NCBI RefSeq assembly: GCF_009914755.1
Contig: NC_060928.1
Length of the DNA: 64,000 nucleotides
Source of the DNA: the human T2T-CHM13v2.0 reference genome, Homo sapiens
Reading direction: 5' to 3' (one strand)
Each line of letters opens with the position of its first letter. The first letter of the stretch is position 1. Made by a program: the position numbers and the translations under genes. The notes beneath the pieces are model-generated. The model searched no databases, was not told the DNA's origin, and saw only the letters and a program-made list of their open reading frames with translations. This document shows positions 13,185 to 25,207 of this stretch, piece by piece.

Positions 13185-16100
13185 GCTCAACATATAAACC
13201 TATGCATAACTTAAGAAGAAAAGACATACAAAAAGATATACAATATTTCATATGCTTTATGTAGAGTTTAAAACGTATCATGACTAATACAACTTATACT
13301 TTTAGGGCTCTGTGTCAGTTATGCTTCTTCTATAGGTAAGAATAGGTGTAGAGGCTTTTTAAGAAAAATTAATGAGCATATGTAGGGCATAAAACTACGT
13401 ATTTTTCATGAGAAATAAAGCATGTTTCCTACCTTCAAATATTTTCAGTAGTGTTGGTAATCAAAGTATATAAACATGGATAAAAGGTTAAAAAGGTGTG
13501 AAACACAAATAGTTCTGCAAACAGAACAAATGCTGTATTGATACAAAGCAAGTTTATCAAGGGAAGGGATTTTTGAAGGGATAATTTTTAATCAGCATTT
13601 AAGAGAAATGATTGACATGTACAGGGGGCAAAGAAACACAGAATGCCTCCAGGTGATGGCATACCCACGGAGAGAGACTTCGATGAAAACGATCATTATT
13701 CAACTACTTACTGTTCAGTGATTGTGTTTGTGAACTGGGGGAAGCCTGCTGGTGTGCCCAACCTGTGTATATTGAGCACCTGCTATGAGCAAGCCCTCCT
13801 CTTGGCACCCAGGAATAGATGGAAGCTTAGATAATAATCTCTATTCTGTAGGAGGCTTAAAAGAAAGAATATTCAAAGCAGATGAAAATATACAATTACA
13901 GGCCAAAATTAGCATTTTGGGCAAAAAGAAATGATAAAAAATTATATATCACAAGAACAAGAAGTCTGATAAGAGTTCTTATCTCTGGAGGAAGAGGAAT
14001 TTAATGGCTCTTTGAAGAAGAATTCTCTATGAAGAAAATTCTGTTTTCTATGAAGGACATTTTTAGAAGGTTTTGCTGAGCAGCAGTGATGAAACAAGAT
14101 GCCATGATGAGCTAGTGGAGTCACACTGTCAGTATTTGTCTATGTAAAAATGAATGCATTATTAATCTCAGCATCTGAGCATCTTTCGAACAATAGCAAT
14201 ATCAATTTTGACCTACATAATAGTTGTGAGGTTTAAATGAGGTCACGTATGTGAGATTTTCAGCAGAGAATTTATCATATAATACAAGATCAGTGAATAT
14301 TGATGAGGGTGATGGAAATGAAAAGGATGATGATAATGATGACTTCAGAGAGGAAGAAGATGACAGAGAAAAAAGAGAATATTAAAATGGAGCAGGAGGA
14401 ATAGTTGGAGGAAAAAGAGAGTAGAGGAAAAAAAAATTTATATTTTTGTAAAATCTTTATGCCCTTTAAAATGAATTAGATGAATGGAATAGAGGAGGTA
14501 GAGGAGGGGGAAAGAATAGAAATTTGTGATGATCGGGAGCAAATCTAAGACAATAGAAGAAAAAACGGGGAAAAGATTGAACTTGTCAGTTTTCAGGGGA
14601 CTGTTGATGGATAAAATATCAGATTTAAATGATTGCATAACGAGGTAATCAGAGAAAATAGATAAGTTGGAGTGAAGTCAGTTTGGGGACAGAGAAGAAA
14701 ACAGATGGGGCTCTTTCAAACATGTGAAGTGATAGCAGAAAACATGGTAATAACTGGTAAACACACGGAAATAGAGAATTTAAGCTTAATCAGATCTAGT
14801 GGTACAGATTTGAGACTCATCAGTGTTGCTGTAATTCAAAGCTCAGAAATAAGATCAATTTAGAAAAAGAACACAGAGCAAGATTGCTCTTTTCGGCTAA
14901 GCTCTTCTTCTGTAGTCAGGATTTTTTCATCTCAACTTCCTACTCTAATTTGTGGTACCCTCGGACACTATGGGACCTAGTGATGCCATTCGTGTCCAAT
15001 AATAAAGTACTTGATGGGCACACTCCTATGTGCGCACACTCACACACACATATACTCACACACAAATGTGTATTTCTAAACAAGTGCCTGCTTTTTGAGA
15101 AGCTGCATGTCAGAAGCAGTCGGGAAAGTGAATTCAGAGTCTTGTCTCCCCTACTTTCTGGCTTTATATAAGTCAGTAAGATACTTATTCTCTCAGTCCA
15201 TTTTCATGTCTGGAAAAACATCATTATATATCACCCCTGGTAGCATGGAAGCTGGAACGGTTTATAGAAAGTGTTTTTCCAGCTGTAAAGATATAAACGA
15301 AAGATGGTTGCAGTGGGTCCCCTAGAGTAACACATACATCAATCAACCCATGTCTCACTCTAGGTGGTCCTTTGACTCCTCCCTCCTGAACAAATAAAAT
15401 AGTTGATTTAAATCTTCTGCAGTTCCTTTGTCTTTTGTTCTACCAACTCAATAAGGCAAAGATCTACAAACGTAAACAGGAAACATCTTTATTTAGGAAT
15501 CAAATATCCAGACCTCCTCTAAATGAGTAAATGCATAAAGAATATTGGGTTTATGAAAAAACATTTAAAAGGTTATGTCTAATCTCTTATGAATTCATAC
15601 AGTAAAACCACATTTATTCTATGACTTACATCAAGAGAGACATGCATGCTTCTTATTGGATAAAACTTCAAATTGATAAAACATTTTTATTTATGGAGCA
15701 TTTTGCATGCAATTTCCCATTATTAGTTTATTCCCTCTCCATTCGCTACTTCCTCTTACCTAGAAGTTCTTTTAGCTAACATTGACTGAGTGATAATCTG
15801 CCATGGCTGACTCCTGGAATATAGACTCTGAAGAGCAAAGAAAATAAGCAGTATTCCTATCCTTTGTTAACTTTCTTCATCTACATATTTACATTATTTG
15901 CATCTATTTAGAACCCATTTAGACTTTTCTTGTTATATGTAACAGACACTATGTATTAATATAAACACTGAATTAACATTCATTAATATAAACATTCAAA
16001 CCCTTAAGAACTTTAAAATCAGCATTTCCCTTAAACTGTGTTTTCATTTTTTCCAATAAAATTGATCAGATAACATTATTGAATTATTTAAGGTTCACAA

Positions 16101-17789
16101 ATTATATTTCATCCTATTTCTTTTCCTGGAAGATTGTAGTGGCAGATGGGATTTTAGAGTTTCTTAAATTAGAGCATATGAGATTTTGTAAAGGTTAAAA
16201 ATTACCTGTAAGAAAACAAATATATTGTTATTTCCTATGCTTAGTGAGTTTAAATTAAGAAAGCAACCAGCATTTCCGAAGATCTGAAGAGCTATAGCCC
16301 TGTGCATTATAAATTTAGTGATTTAACATACTTTGAATGAACTCTGGGATGGTAAAAAGTATAAACACTTATTTTAATAGATTCATGGATCTTTTGGGGG
16401 AATAGAATAGATATTGTTTCTGAATTCTTATCGTGGCTTTTGTGCTTTCCTAAATTATTAAACATACAATTTAACATAAACTGGAGAAGTGCTTAAAATT
16501 ACATAGGCATGCTAATCATGGGAAAATATACCTTTCAAGGCAGAGACAATAAACACAATATTTGAGAATTGCTTTTTAAAATTTTATGTCATATTTCTCA
16601 TAACAAGTGTTGCAATAAAGTTTTTATTGCTATAGCTTAATATAGAATTAGGTCATTCATAAATCTGTTGCAATTAATGTTTCAGGACAAAATAAATACA
16701 AAGATCTCTTGTTATTTTAATAAATGCCCAAGGTATAAAATACCTCTGCTATAACTTTGTTCTTAATGGCAAGATCTTTCATAAATCTATGAACAACTAT
16801 CTCGATAACATTTCATATTTTTTTGCCTAAAAGCTATATTTACTCAAGTTTAATATATATTCCCATAAAATCTCTTAGATAACTAAAGTAAAATTTGACA
16901 TTTGTATTTCCTCAGCATTTGTGATAGGAAGGTCAATTTTAAAAATCCACTAGATTATAAAACTCTGAATGACATAGACCATGCCTATTTCCTTGTTAGC
17001 AGAATGCCGGCGATATTAGGTACTGAGCTCATGTTTTTGAATGAACAAATGTATGCAGTTAATGAATGAAAGAAAATATACATCTATTGTCTACAAATGA
17101 GAGGGAATATACTGTCTTAGTATGGTTACGAGATATGCATTTTTTAAACTGGAAAGCCAATTTTCAAGTAGCATATTTATAAAATCTAAAAGACTTATAC
17201 ACGAAAACATTATTCCAATTAGTCTGATAACCTAACTATAATTTGCAGTTGTATGATAAAATCTTTCTTGAATCAGCACTCACCTAAAATGTAACATGAT
17301 ACAATTTTAAAAAGCTTTCCCAACCCAGATTTTTGATATTCACAAAAAAGTAATTTGCATATCTAGTAGGGCCGATTATTTTCTGTTCATGAATCAAATT
17401 TTGCAGCATTAGTACATTTTATACATCATATTTCGATTTGTCAAATTTCCGGTTTGAGCCTGAACTATGGTTTATCAGGCTATAGAATTGCCGTTACCTG
17501 TAATCGGAAGGCCATGTGAGTGACATAATCTATGGGGTCATCTATAAATGTCAAAAAGAGCCAACTCTGGACTCTAACTTAGATAAGAAACATGTTAGCC
17601 CATGAGGGGCTTTACAGACTGTGAGTATTAAAAAAGACTTATAAGACCAAAAGGAGATTTTTCAAAATGAGCATTTTTAATAGAAATAGCCACAAAATTT
17701 TTATCTGAAATGCATCACAAACAAAATATACTGTCTTTGTTGCCCTTGGAAGAACACGCTGTGATAAAAAAAAAAAAAAAAAAAAATTT

Positions 17790-18200
17790 GAGTGCAAATG
17801 AGCTGTGCATCCCAGGAATTAATAGTATAGGATTGAGGAAGTAAGAGGAAGAGAAGGTAGCACAAAGCTGTGATATAAAGCAAGCTGCCATTGTGCACAA
17901 TTGGAGCTCTGAATGATAGGGCATCCTGGAGACATGGTAGAATATACTCCTAGAGTTATCCTAAACAAGCCCAAACCACTGGAATAGTCACCTACCAACT
18001 CCGCACCCATCATTGGTTGAGGGCTTCTTCCTGCAGCATTAACGTTCTGATGGGGCTGACTCCAGTTGGTGTCACAGGTGTTTCCCAATAGCTGGTTTCG
18101 TCCTGTGAAGGTGATTCCTAAGGATGCCTGGGCAGATTGCTGACAGTATGGGCTCCACCGTCAGAGGTACTGGCCACCTCTGTATGGTTGCACTGCTAGT
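17790..18200 (-). mobile_element. Old ERVL solo LTR (LTR33/LTR16-like)
   Basis: 'aagcaagctgccattgtgcacaattggagctc..ctggagacatggtagaa..agagttatcc' resembles the remembered LTR33 antisense consensus; locally higher GC. Confidence 0.45.
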
Positions 18201-20687
18201 CTCACGGTGCTTTTCTTCCTGCCTCAAACATGAAGCCTAGGAAAAAATTATCACGCTCTTTCTCATTTAAGTTAGTTCCATATAATGTCTCTTGCTTGTC
18301 CTTCCCACCTTTTTAAGGGCATGCGTTTTATCTTTTAGCAGCTTCAATGAAGCTTAAATGGAATACATTCCATTTAAGAATGGAATGTAAAGGGTTTATA
18401 ATTTTCATATGGATAATATAGAATACTTATCTTACTTTGAAACCTTAGAAGGATATACCAATTTACTGTAACTACTTTATATAAACTATGAATGGTTGAG
18501 ACAAATCTGCTATACTTAAATTTATCAGATTGCTCCTCCCCTTTAAACGTGACAGCTGCCTCTTTTATTCAGAACATCTACAACATCAGGGTAGTTATGA
18601 TTGTGAGGGAGAGGGGATATATACGATGTAATCCTTGCCTTCAAACGAGTCTAAAATTCAGGCGAAAGGGGAACAAGTCATATTTATTTAATTAAAATGC
18701 CATGTAGTGTGTGGTAGGCATATATAAGTACCAGTGTATGAGTGGTTAAAAATGTGCTGGAAAACTTTAGAAACAATTTATTACTATAAAATTGAGGCAA
18801 GCGTAATTGAGAAGGTACTAGTTGACCTTGGTCTCAAAGGATGGGTAGAAATGGGCTAAGCCCTAGAGAGAAAACCTTCCAAGTGGAGATGATGAAACAA
18901 AATTATGGAGGTAAACAGAAAAACTGTTAATGGTTTACCCAATTAAATGACATCACTATTCTGAGTTCTTCCTTTCAAATTTGTCACAATAGAGGATTTT
19001 GTTGGGATTACTATAGTTAGATTTTATTTTGGTTGCTTAACAGTTTTTTTTCCCTTGCCAAAGATTTTCCCATGAAAGTGATATAGAGTTGAACAAAAAT
19101 AAAGAAATGAAATACTGAATAAAACCTATTCAGGAATAAATCTAGAGATCAAAAACTATACAGACAGTCAACATGGCATCCTCAAAGAATATTGAGCTAG
19201 TAGACCTAATAGTAGTTATAACCCTGCCACAAATTAACCTAGCCCTCAGGGTCTCAGCTTTCTCGTGTGGAAAATTAGAGTATCTGGCTGTAAGTCATGA
19301 GAGTTTACTAAATTTCAAAATCTCTTGACAGCTCAGATGATAGTACAGTGTGCATAGAGAAAATATATGGAGGTAATTCTATTTTCTAAAAATCAAAATA
19401 TTTGTCTTAATGGCAAGAACCATGGATCATAAAGTTACCACAGCACAGAAGATTTAAAGCTATTAGCATGTATTTGAGTAAATGAGCAATAAATATATAA
19501 AACCTGAAAGAAATTGTGAATGATAGTTATAGTAATCTATCTTTTTTGGTTCTCATGATTCTTTTCCTACTAAAAATCACTTTGATCAATTTTGTATTCA
19601 ATTAACACCTTGGCTTTCTGTGTGGAAGGAAAAATTCTCATATACACGATTTCTAATGTCATTATAATTTTAGTAGCTACTTAACACAAGGAGATATTGT
19701 GAACAGAAATTTGTTATTATCAAATTGACCTATACCTCACGCAAAAGTGTACTATTTTCCAAGATCACTAGTCATTTCAAATCTTATATGTATTATTATA
19801 TGATATATGTTTCTTGGGAATAAAGTCAATTTTAAAAATACATAATCAATACTTAGTAGACCTGAATCTTTTTAAAGAGTAATATTTTTTAATGGATAAA
19901 AATATCCGACCATGAAGATGTGGAAGTTATTACTTGAACATGTTTCTTGTTCGACCTCCATGTTTGAGATCTTGGTCTTTAAATGTATACCATATTATTA
20001 CATTGTATTTAGAGTCAAGAAAATACCAGTGGACCCTAGAATAAAATTGAATAGGGAGAGATGTAAGAAATATGGTTATTGACATTCAATGTCAGGTTTA
20101 GGAGACCGAGTGGAATAATGCAAGGAAAGACCATTGACTCAGGAGGGACGAGAGCAAGTCTCAGCTTAGGCACTGTCATTAACAACAGGGTGACTACTGA
20201 TTGAGCCTTACTAATTCTCATCAACCTCAACTGTAAGTGAAAAAATTCAGATGACATCTGAGATTCCATTCAGCTCTAACATGTCGTGCGACTGCTTTGA
20301 AATATCTAAAACAGTTTGGGGTTACAAGGTTGGAATCAACGTGCCATATGACAAATTCAAAATCATTTCTATTTGGAGACTTATGATTTAAACATGGTGA
20401 CACTTTTCATTCAGTTTTTCTCTACATTCAGTGGTGAATCTTGTCCAATTTTATGTAGAGATAAATATCCACCCAATGTTTGCAGCATCTGCAGAGAATG
20501 ATACCTGACGTAAACCAGTCTTATGCTCACAATCTTCCTGCCTGTTATTCTCAAGGCACCATTCCACAGACATTTCACAATTTCTTATTTTGATAAAGAA
20601 AAATGTCAGCTATCTTCCTGGCATAACTGTGGCACACGTGGCTTCCCAGTTATATCAAGATTATAATGTACTCCCGGTTTCTTTGAG

Positions 20688-20885
20688 CATTTATTGAGCC
20701 TTCCTTTTCAGCCAGCACTGTCTTCAGCTTTATGCAGACATCATCTCATTTTTTTTACTTCACAGCAATACTGTAAGTGCTGTGTCATTATCCTCATTTT
20801 ATAACCAAAGAAATAAAGGCTGAGAGATGTGAAAGAAATTACCTGTAGTCATAGAACCTACATCTGTCTGTCTCCGATATCTCAT
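20688..20885 (-). mobile_element. MIR SINE
   Basis: 'catttattgagc', 'cttcacagcaatactgtaag', 'attatcctcattttata..gaaataaaggctgagaga'. Confidence 0.65.
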
Positions 20886-21455
20886 GATCTGTTAAGGAAA
20901 AGCTAAAAGGTAACTCTGATTTTAAGCCCGTGTAATTAGAAAGATGATCATGTAAATAACAGTTACAGTGAGTACCAGATTTCCAATGGAACATGTTGGC
21001 TTCTGTGAAACATGGTGAAATAGAGCTGCTGATGGAATGTCCAAAAGAACTCTTATAGAAACTGGAAATAAATGATTAAATTAGGACAGGAGAAGCAGTG
21101 TGTTATAGACACGCTTCCATTCATCCTTTATCTCTAGGATTAAATAAATCTGGATACAGTTGGTAGGGTTTATTAATGCCTCCATTCATAAACATATATA
21201 AAGTAAAGTGAAATGAAACACAGCTGTCATTCTTAGTGACTATTGATTGATGGCCAATTCAAATGTAAGTTTAGTTTACCTCAGTTTTAGAGGTTGAAAA
21301 CCTTGATTATGTCCACACAGTGAGATCAGGCCCATCACTCAAAGCTGGACCCTCATTATCTAAAGCTTATAAGAGATTGGTATATAAACTAGAATAACAA
21401 ATTACTGATTTTAATAGACTGCTGTCATACATAACAGGTTGGTTCTATCTTATAA

Positions 21456-21785
<330 letters not shown>

Positions 21786-21856
21786 CCATAGGCCAAATTT
21801 CATAGAAAAAATATTTATTTTTTTTTATTTTTATTTTTTTATTTTTTTATTTTTTT

Positions 21857-22235
<379 letters not shown>

Positions 22236-22249
22236 TGGGAAAGTCCATT

Positions 22250-22250
<1 letters not shown>

Positions 22251-22284
<34 letters not shown>

Positions 22285-22613
22285 TTTTTTTATTGATAAT
22301 TCTTGGGTGTTTCTCACAGAGGGGGATTTGGCAGGGTCATGGGACAATAGTGGAGGGAAGGTCAGCAGAAAAACAAGTGAACAAAGGTCTCTGGTTTTCC
22401 TAGGCAGAGGACCCTGCGGCCTTCCGCAGTGTTTGTGTCCCTGATTACTTGAGATTAGGGATTGGTGATGACTCTTAACGAGCATGCTGCCTTCAAGCAT
22501 CTGTTTAACAAAGCACATCTTGCACTGCCCTTAATCCATTCAACCCTGAGTGGACACAGCACATGTTTCAGAGAGCACAGGGTTGGGGGTAAGGTCACAG
22601 ATCAACAGGATCC
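22251..22613 (-). mobile_element. SVA SINE-R 3' part plus the source element's poly-A (non-inverted segment)
   Basis: T28 at 22251-22278, then antisense SINE-R to '...ggtcacagatcaacaggatcc'. Confidence 0.95.
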
Positions 22614-23250
22614 TGCCCGGCCAGCCGCCCCGTCCGGGAGGTGAGGGGCGCCTCTGCCCGGCCGCCCCTACTGGGAAGTGAGGAGCCCCTCTGCCCGGCC
22701 AGCCGCCCCGTCCGGGAGGGAGGTGGGGGGGGGTCGGCCCCCCTGCCCGGCCAGCCGCCCCGTCCGGGAGGTGAGGGGCGCCTCTGCCCGGCCGCCCCTA
22801 CTGGGAAGTGAGGAGCCCTCTGCCCGGCCAGCCGCCCCGTCCGGGAGGGAGGTGGGGGGGTCAGCCCCCTGCCCGGCCAGCCGCCCCGTCTGGGAGGGAG
22901 GTGGGGGGGGATCAGCCCCCCTGCCCAGCCAGCCGCCCCGTCCGGGAGGTGAGGGGCGCCTCTGCCCGGCCGCCCCTACTGGGAAGTGAGGAGCCCCTCT
23001 GCCCGGCCAGCCGCCCCGTCCGGGAGGGAGGTGGGGGGGTCGGCCCCCCGCCCGGCCAGCCGCCCTGTCCGGGAGGGAGGTGGGGGGGTCGGCCCCCCAC
23101 CCGGCCAGCCGCCCTGTCCGGGAGGGAGGTGGGGGGGGTCGGCCCCCCTGCCCGGCCAGCTGCCCCGTCCGGGAGGTGAGGGGCGCCTCTGCCCGGCCGC
23201 CCCTACTGGGAAGTGAGGAGCCCCTCTGCCCGGCCACCACCCCGTCTGGG
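22614..23250 (+). repeat. SVA GC-rich VNTR (inverted segment); the main CpG-dense stretch in the window
   Basis: About 37-50 bp units such as 'gcccggccagccgccccgtccgggagg(gaggtggggggg|tgaggggcgcc)' and 'gcccggccgcccctactgggaagtgaggagcccctct'. Confidence 0.95.
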
Positions 23251-23443
23251 AGGTGTGCCCAACAGCTCATTGAGAACGGGCCAGGATGACAATGGCGGCT
23301 TTGTGGAATAGAAAGGCGGGAAAGGTGGGGAAAAGATTGAGAAATCGGATGGTTGCCGTGTCTGTGTAGAAAGAAGTAGACATGGGAGACTTTTCATTTT
23401 GTTCTGCACTAAGAAAAATTCCTCTGCCTTGGGATCCTGTTGA
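23251..23443 (+). mobile_element. SVA SINE-R 5' part (inverted segment)
   Basis: 'cccaacagctcattgagaacgggccaggatgacaatggcgg' to 'ctgccttgggatcctgttga' in sense orientation. Confidence 0.95.
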
Positions 23444-24056
23444 AAAAATATTTATTTTTTAAAAACATCAGATGGTTCATTTTTCAGCATGGTATTGAAA
23501 ACAAGAAAAGCTAATTAGATTATCCAAATATTTAATAACTTCATTTTCATTTCCACAATGCATTATACCATCACAATGTCTTAAAGACTCAAATTCATTC
23601 ATTAGGACAAACATTTCCCTAGACAGAACCCTGATGTATGTTGTGACAGTAATCCTCATACACTCTTGCATTCAGAACTTAAAAGTTTGTTTAGAGGGTC
23701 CAGAAATAGGACTCTGGTTCCTCATAGTCCAGTAACTGAATAGCTAGCTCCTTTTGGCTGACAAATTCCTCCCCTTTGACCAAGAATCTAATTTATTGAG
23801 GGAACAATCTAGGCCAGCCAGATCTGGCAACAATAATCTCCATCATTAATTGGAAGATAGATACAATAGCCAGAGAATGTCACAGGCATCTGATTTGATT
23901 CTTGCTTTTTCTTGTGAGTCGTAATGCAAATGTTCCCACATAGGGCTGATTGTTACTGTTACTGTTGTTAGTAGTAATTTTTAATTTCTTAGTCTCATTC
24001 TTTTCTGTTGTTCATTCTGTCTTTATTACATTTTTTTTTTCAAATTTTGACCTAGT

Positions 24057-24101
24057 TGTGTATGTGTGTGTGTGCGCACGCACACAAGCACAAACACATG
24101 C
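24057..24101. repeat. (TG)n-GCGC-(CA)n compound microsatellite
   Basis: tgtgtatgtgtgtgtgtgcgcacgcacacaagcacaaacacatgc. Confidence 0.85.
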
Positions 24102-25035
24102 GGATTGATTCTGAGAAGACACTTTAATTCTCTTTATTTTCATGTCTAGAATGGTTCCATCTCATTGTCACCTCCCTCCCCTAACCAGAAACTACCCAAG
24201 TACTAAGAAAATTAAAGTGGTGATGTCATATATTAAATGCATGTAAAAGAAATTGCTTGTCCTTTGGAGTGCTCAGCCATTCTGTTAAATGAAATGCGTG
24301 CTTACTAAAATGTCATGAGAAAATGATGATTTGTTCATACCTTGTTTCATATCTTGTTTGTTGAAAAATATTTTTAAAACATATGTCTACTATCACATTT
24401 GCAAGCATTGGGGAAATCACAGGAGAAAAATAAGAAAAATAACTGAATATATCACAGATGTGTTTAAGGACAAATATGAACAGAAGGAATGGGAATACAG
24501 GGTGGACTACAATTGATCATATACGTAATTCCAGAAATTCATGTTTTTGTGGGTCAAAAAGAAGAGAGACAACCCCAGGCCAAAATTGTCGGGGAAGAAC
24601 TAATGGATAAAAAGAAAATATTCTTCTTGTTGTTTGAATTCCAGCTAATTGAGGTTTTGGAAATTGTGAGGCACGGCGCTCTGCCACTTTTCTCTGTGTT
24701 TAGTTGTGTGTGTGTATTTAATGATTCTACAGTAAGAGTTTAATGGTTGTTTCTGTATACAAAATTAAATGCGAACAAAGTTAAAATACTTCAGGTATAT
24801 CAAATAAGAAATGCATTTTATCATAACTTTTTATAATTTTCTTGGCATAGATTTAAAAAATAGATTGCACTTTTATCACTGTACGTAGTTCTTGAATAAC
24901 TATGAACATTTCAAAATGAATTTTAAAGGAATACAACTGAATTTAACAAAGTACTAATTTCAACTTATGAAATAAGAATGTGACTACATACATTATCATA
25001 ATTTTGTAGCTAAATAAGATTATTCTTTCCAATCT

Positions 25036-25207
25036 GTTACTCATTTCTTGTCTTATATCTCTTCAACTTATGGGTTATCATATAAGGAGTACCAAAAAGA
25101 AAATACATGGATCTAGTTTTACAGTTATTCATTTCTTGTCTTATATCTTTTCAACTTATGAATTATGATATAAGAAGTACCAAAAAGAAAATGTATAGCT
25201 AGTTTTA
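25036..25207. repeat. Two-copy tandem duplication, 88-bp period, diverged
   Basis: Copies start at 25036 ('gttactcatttcttgtcttatatct') and 25124 ('gttattcatttcttgtcttatatct'); both end in 'ctagtttta'. Confidence 0.9.

Noticed and set aside
14883-14918. Faint resemblance to the U2 snRNA 5' end
   Set aside because: Too short and gapped; no TSD or further similarity.
22614-23409. CRISPR-like array, or Pro/Gly/Arg-rich ORFs up to 200 aa
   Set aside because: This is the SVA VNTR: tandem units without unique spacers, and GC-rich repeats lack stop codons.
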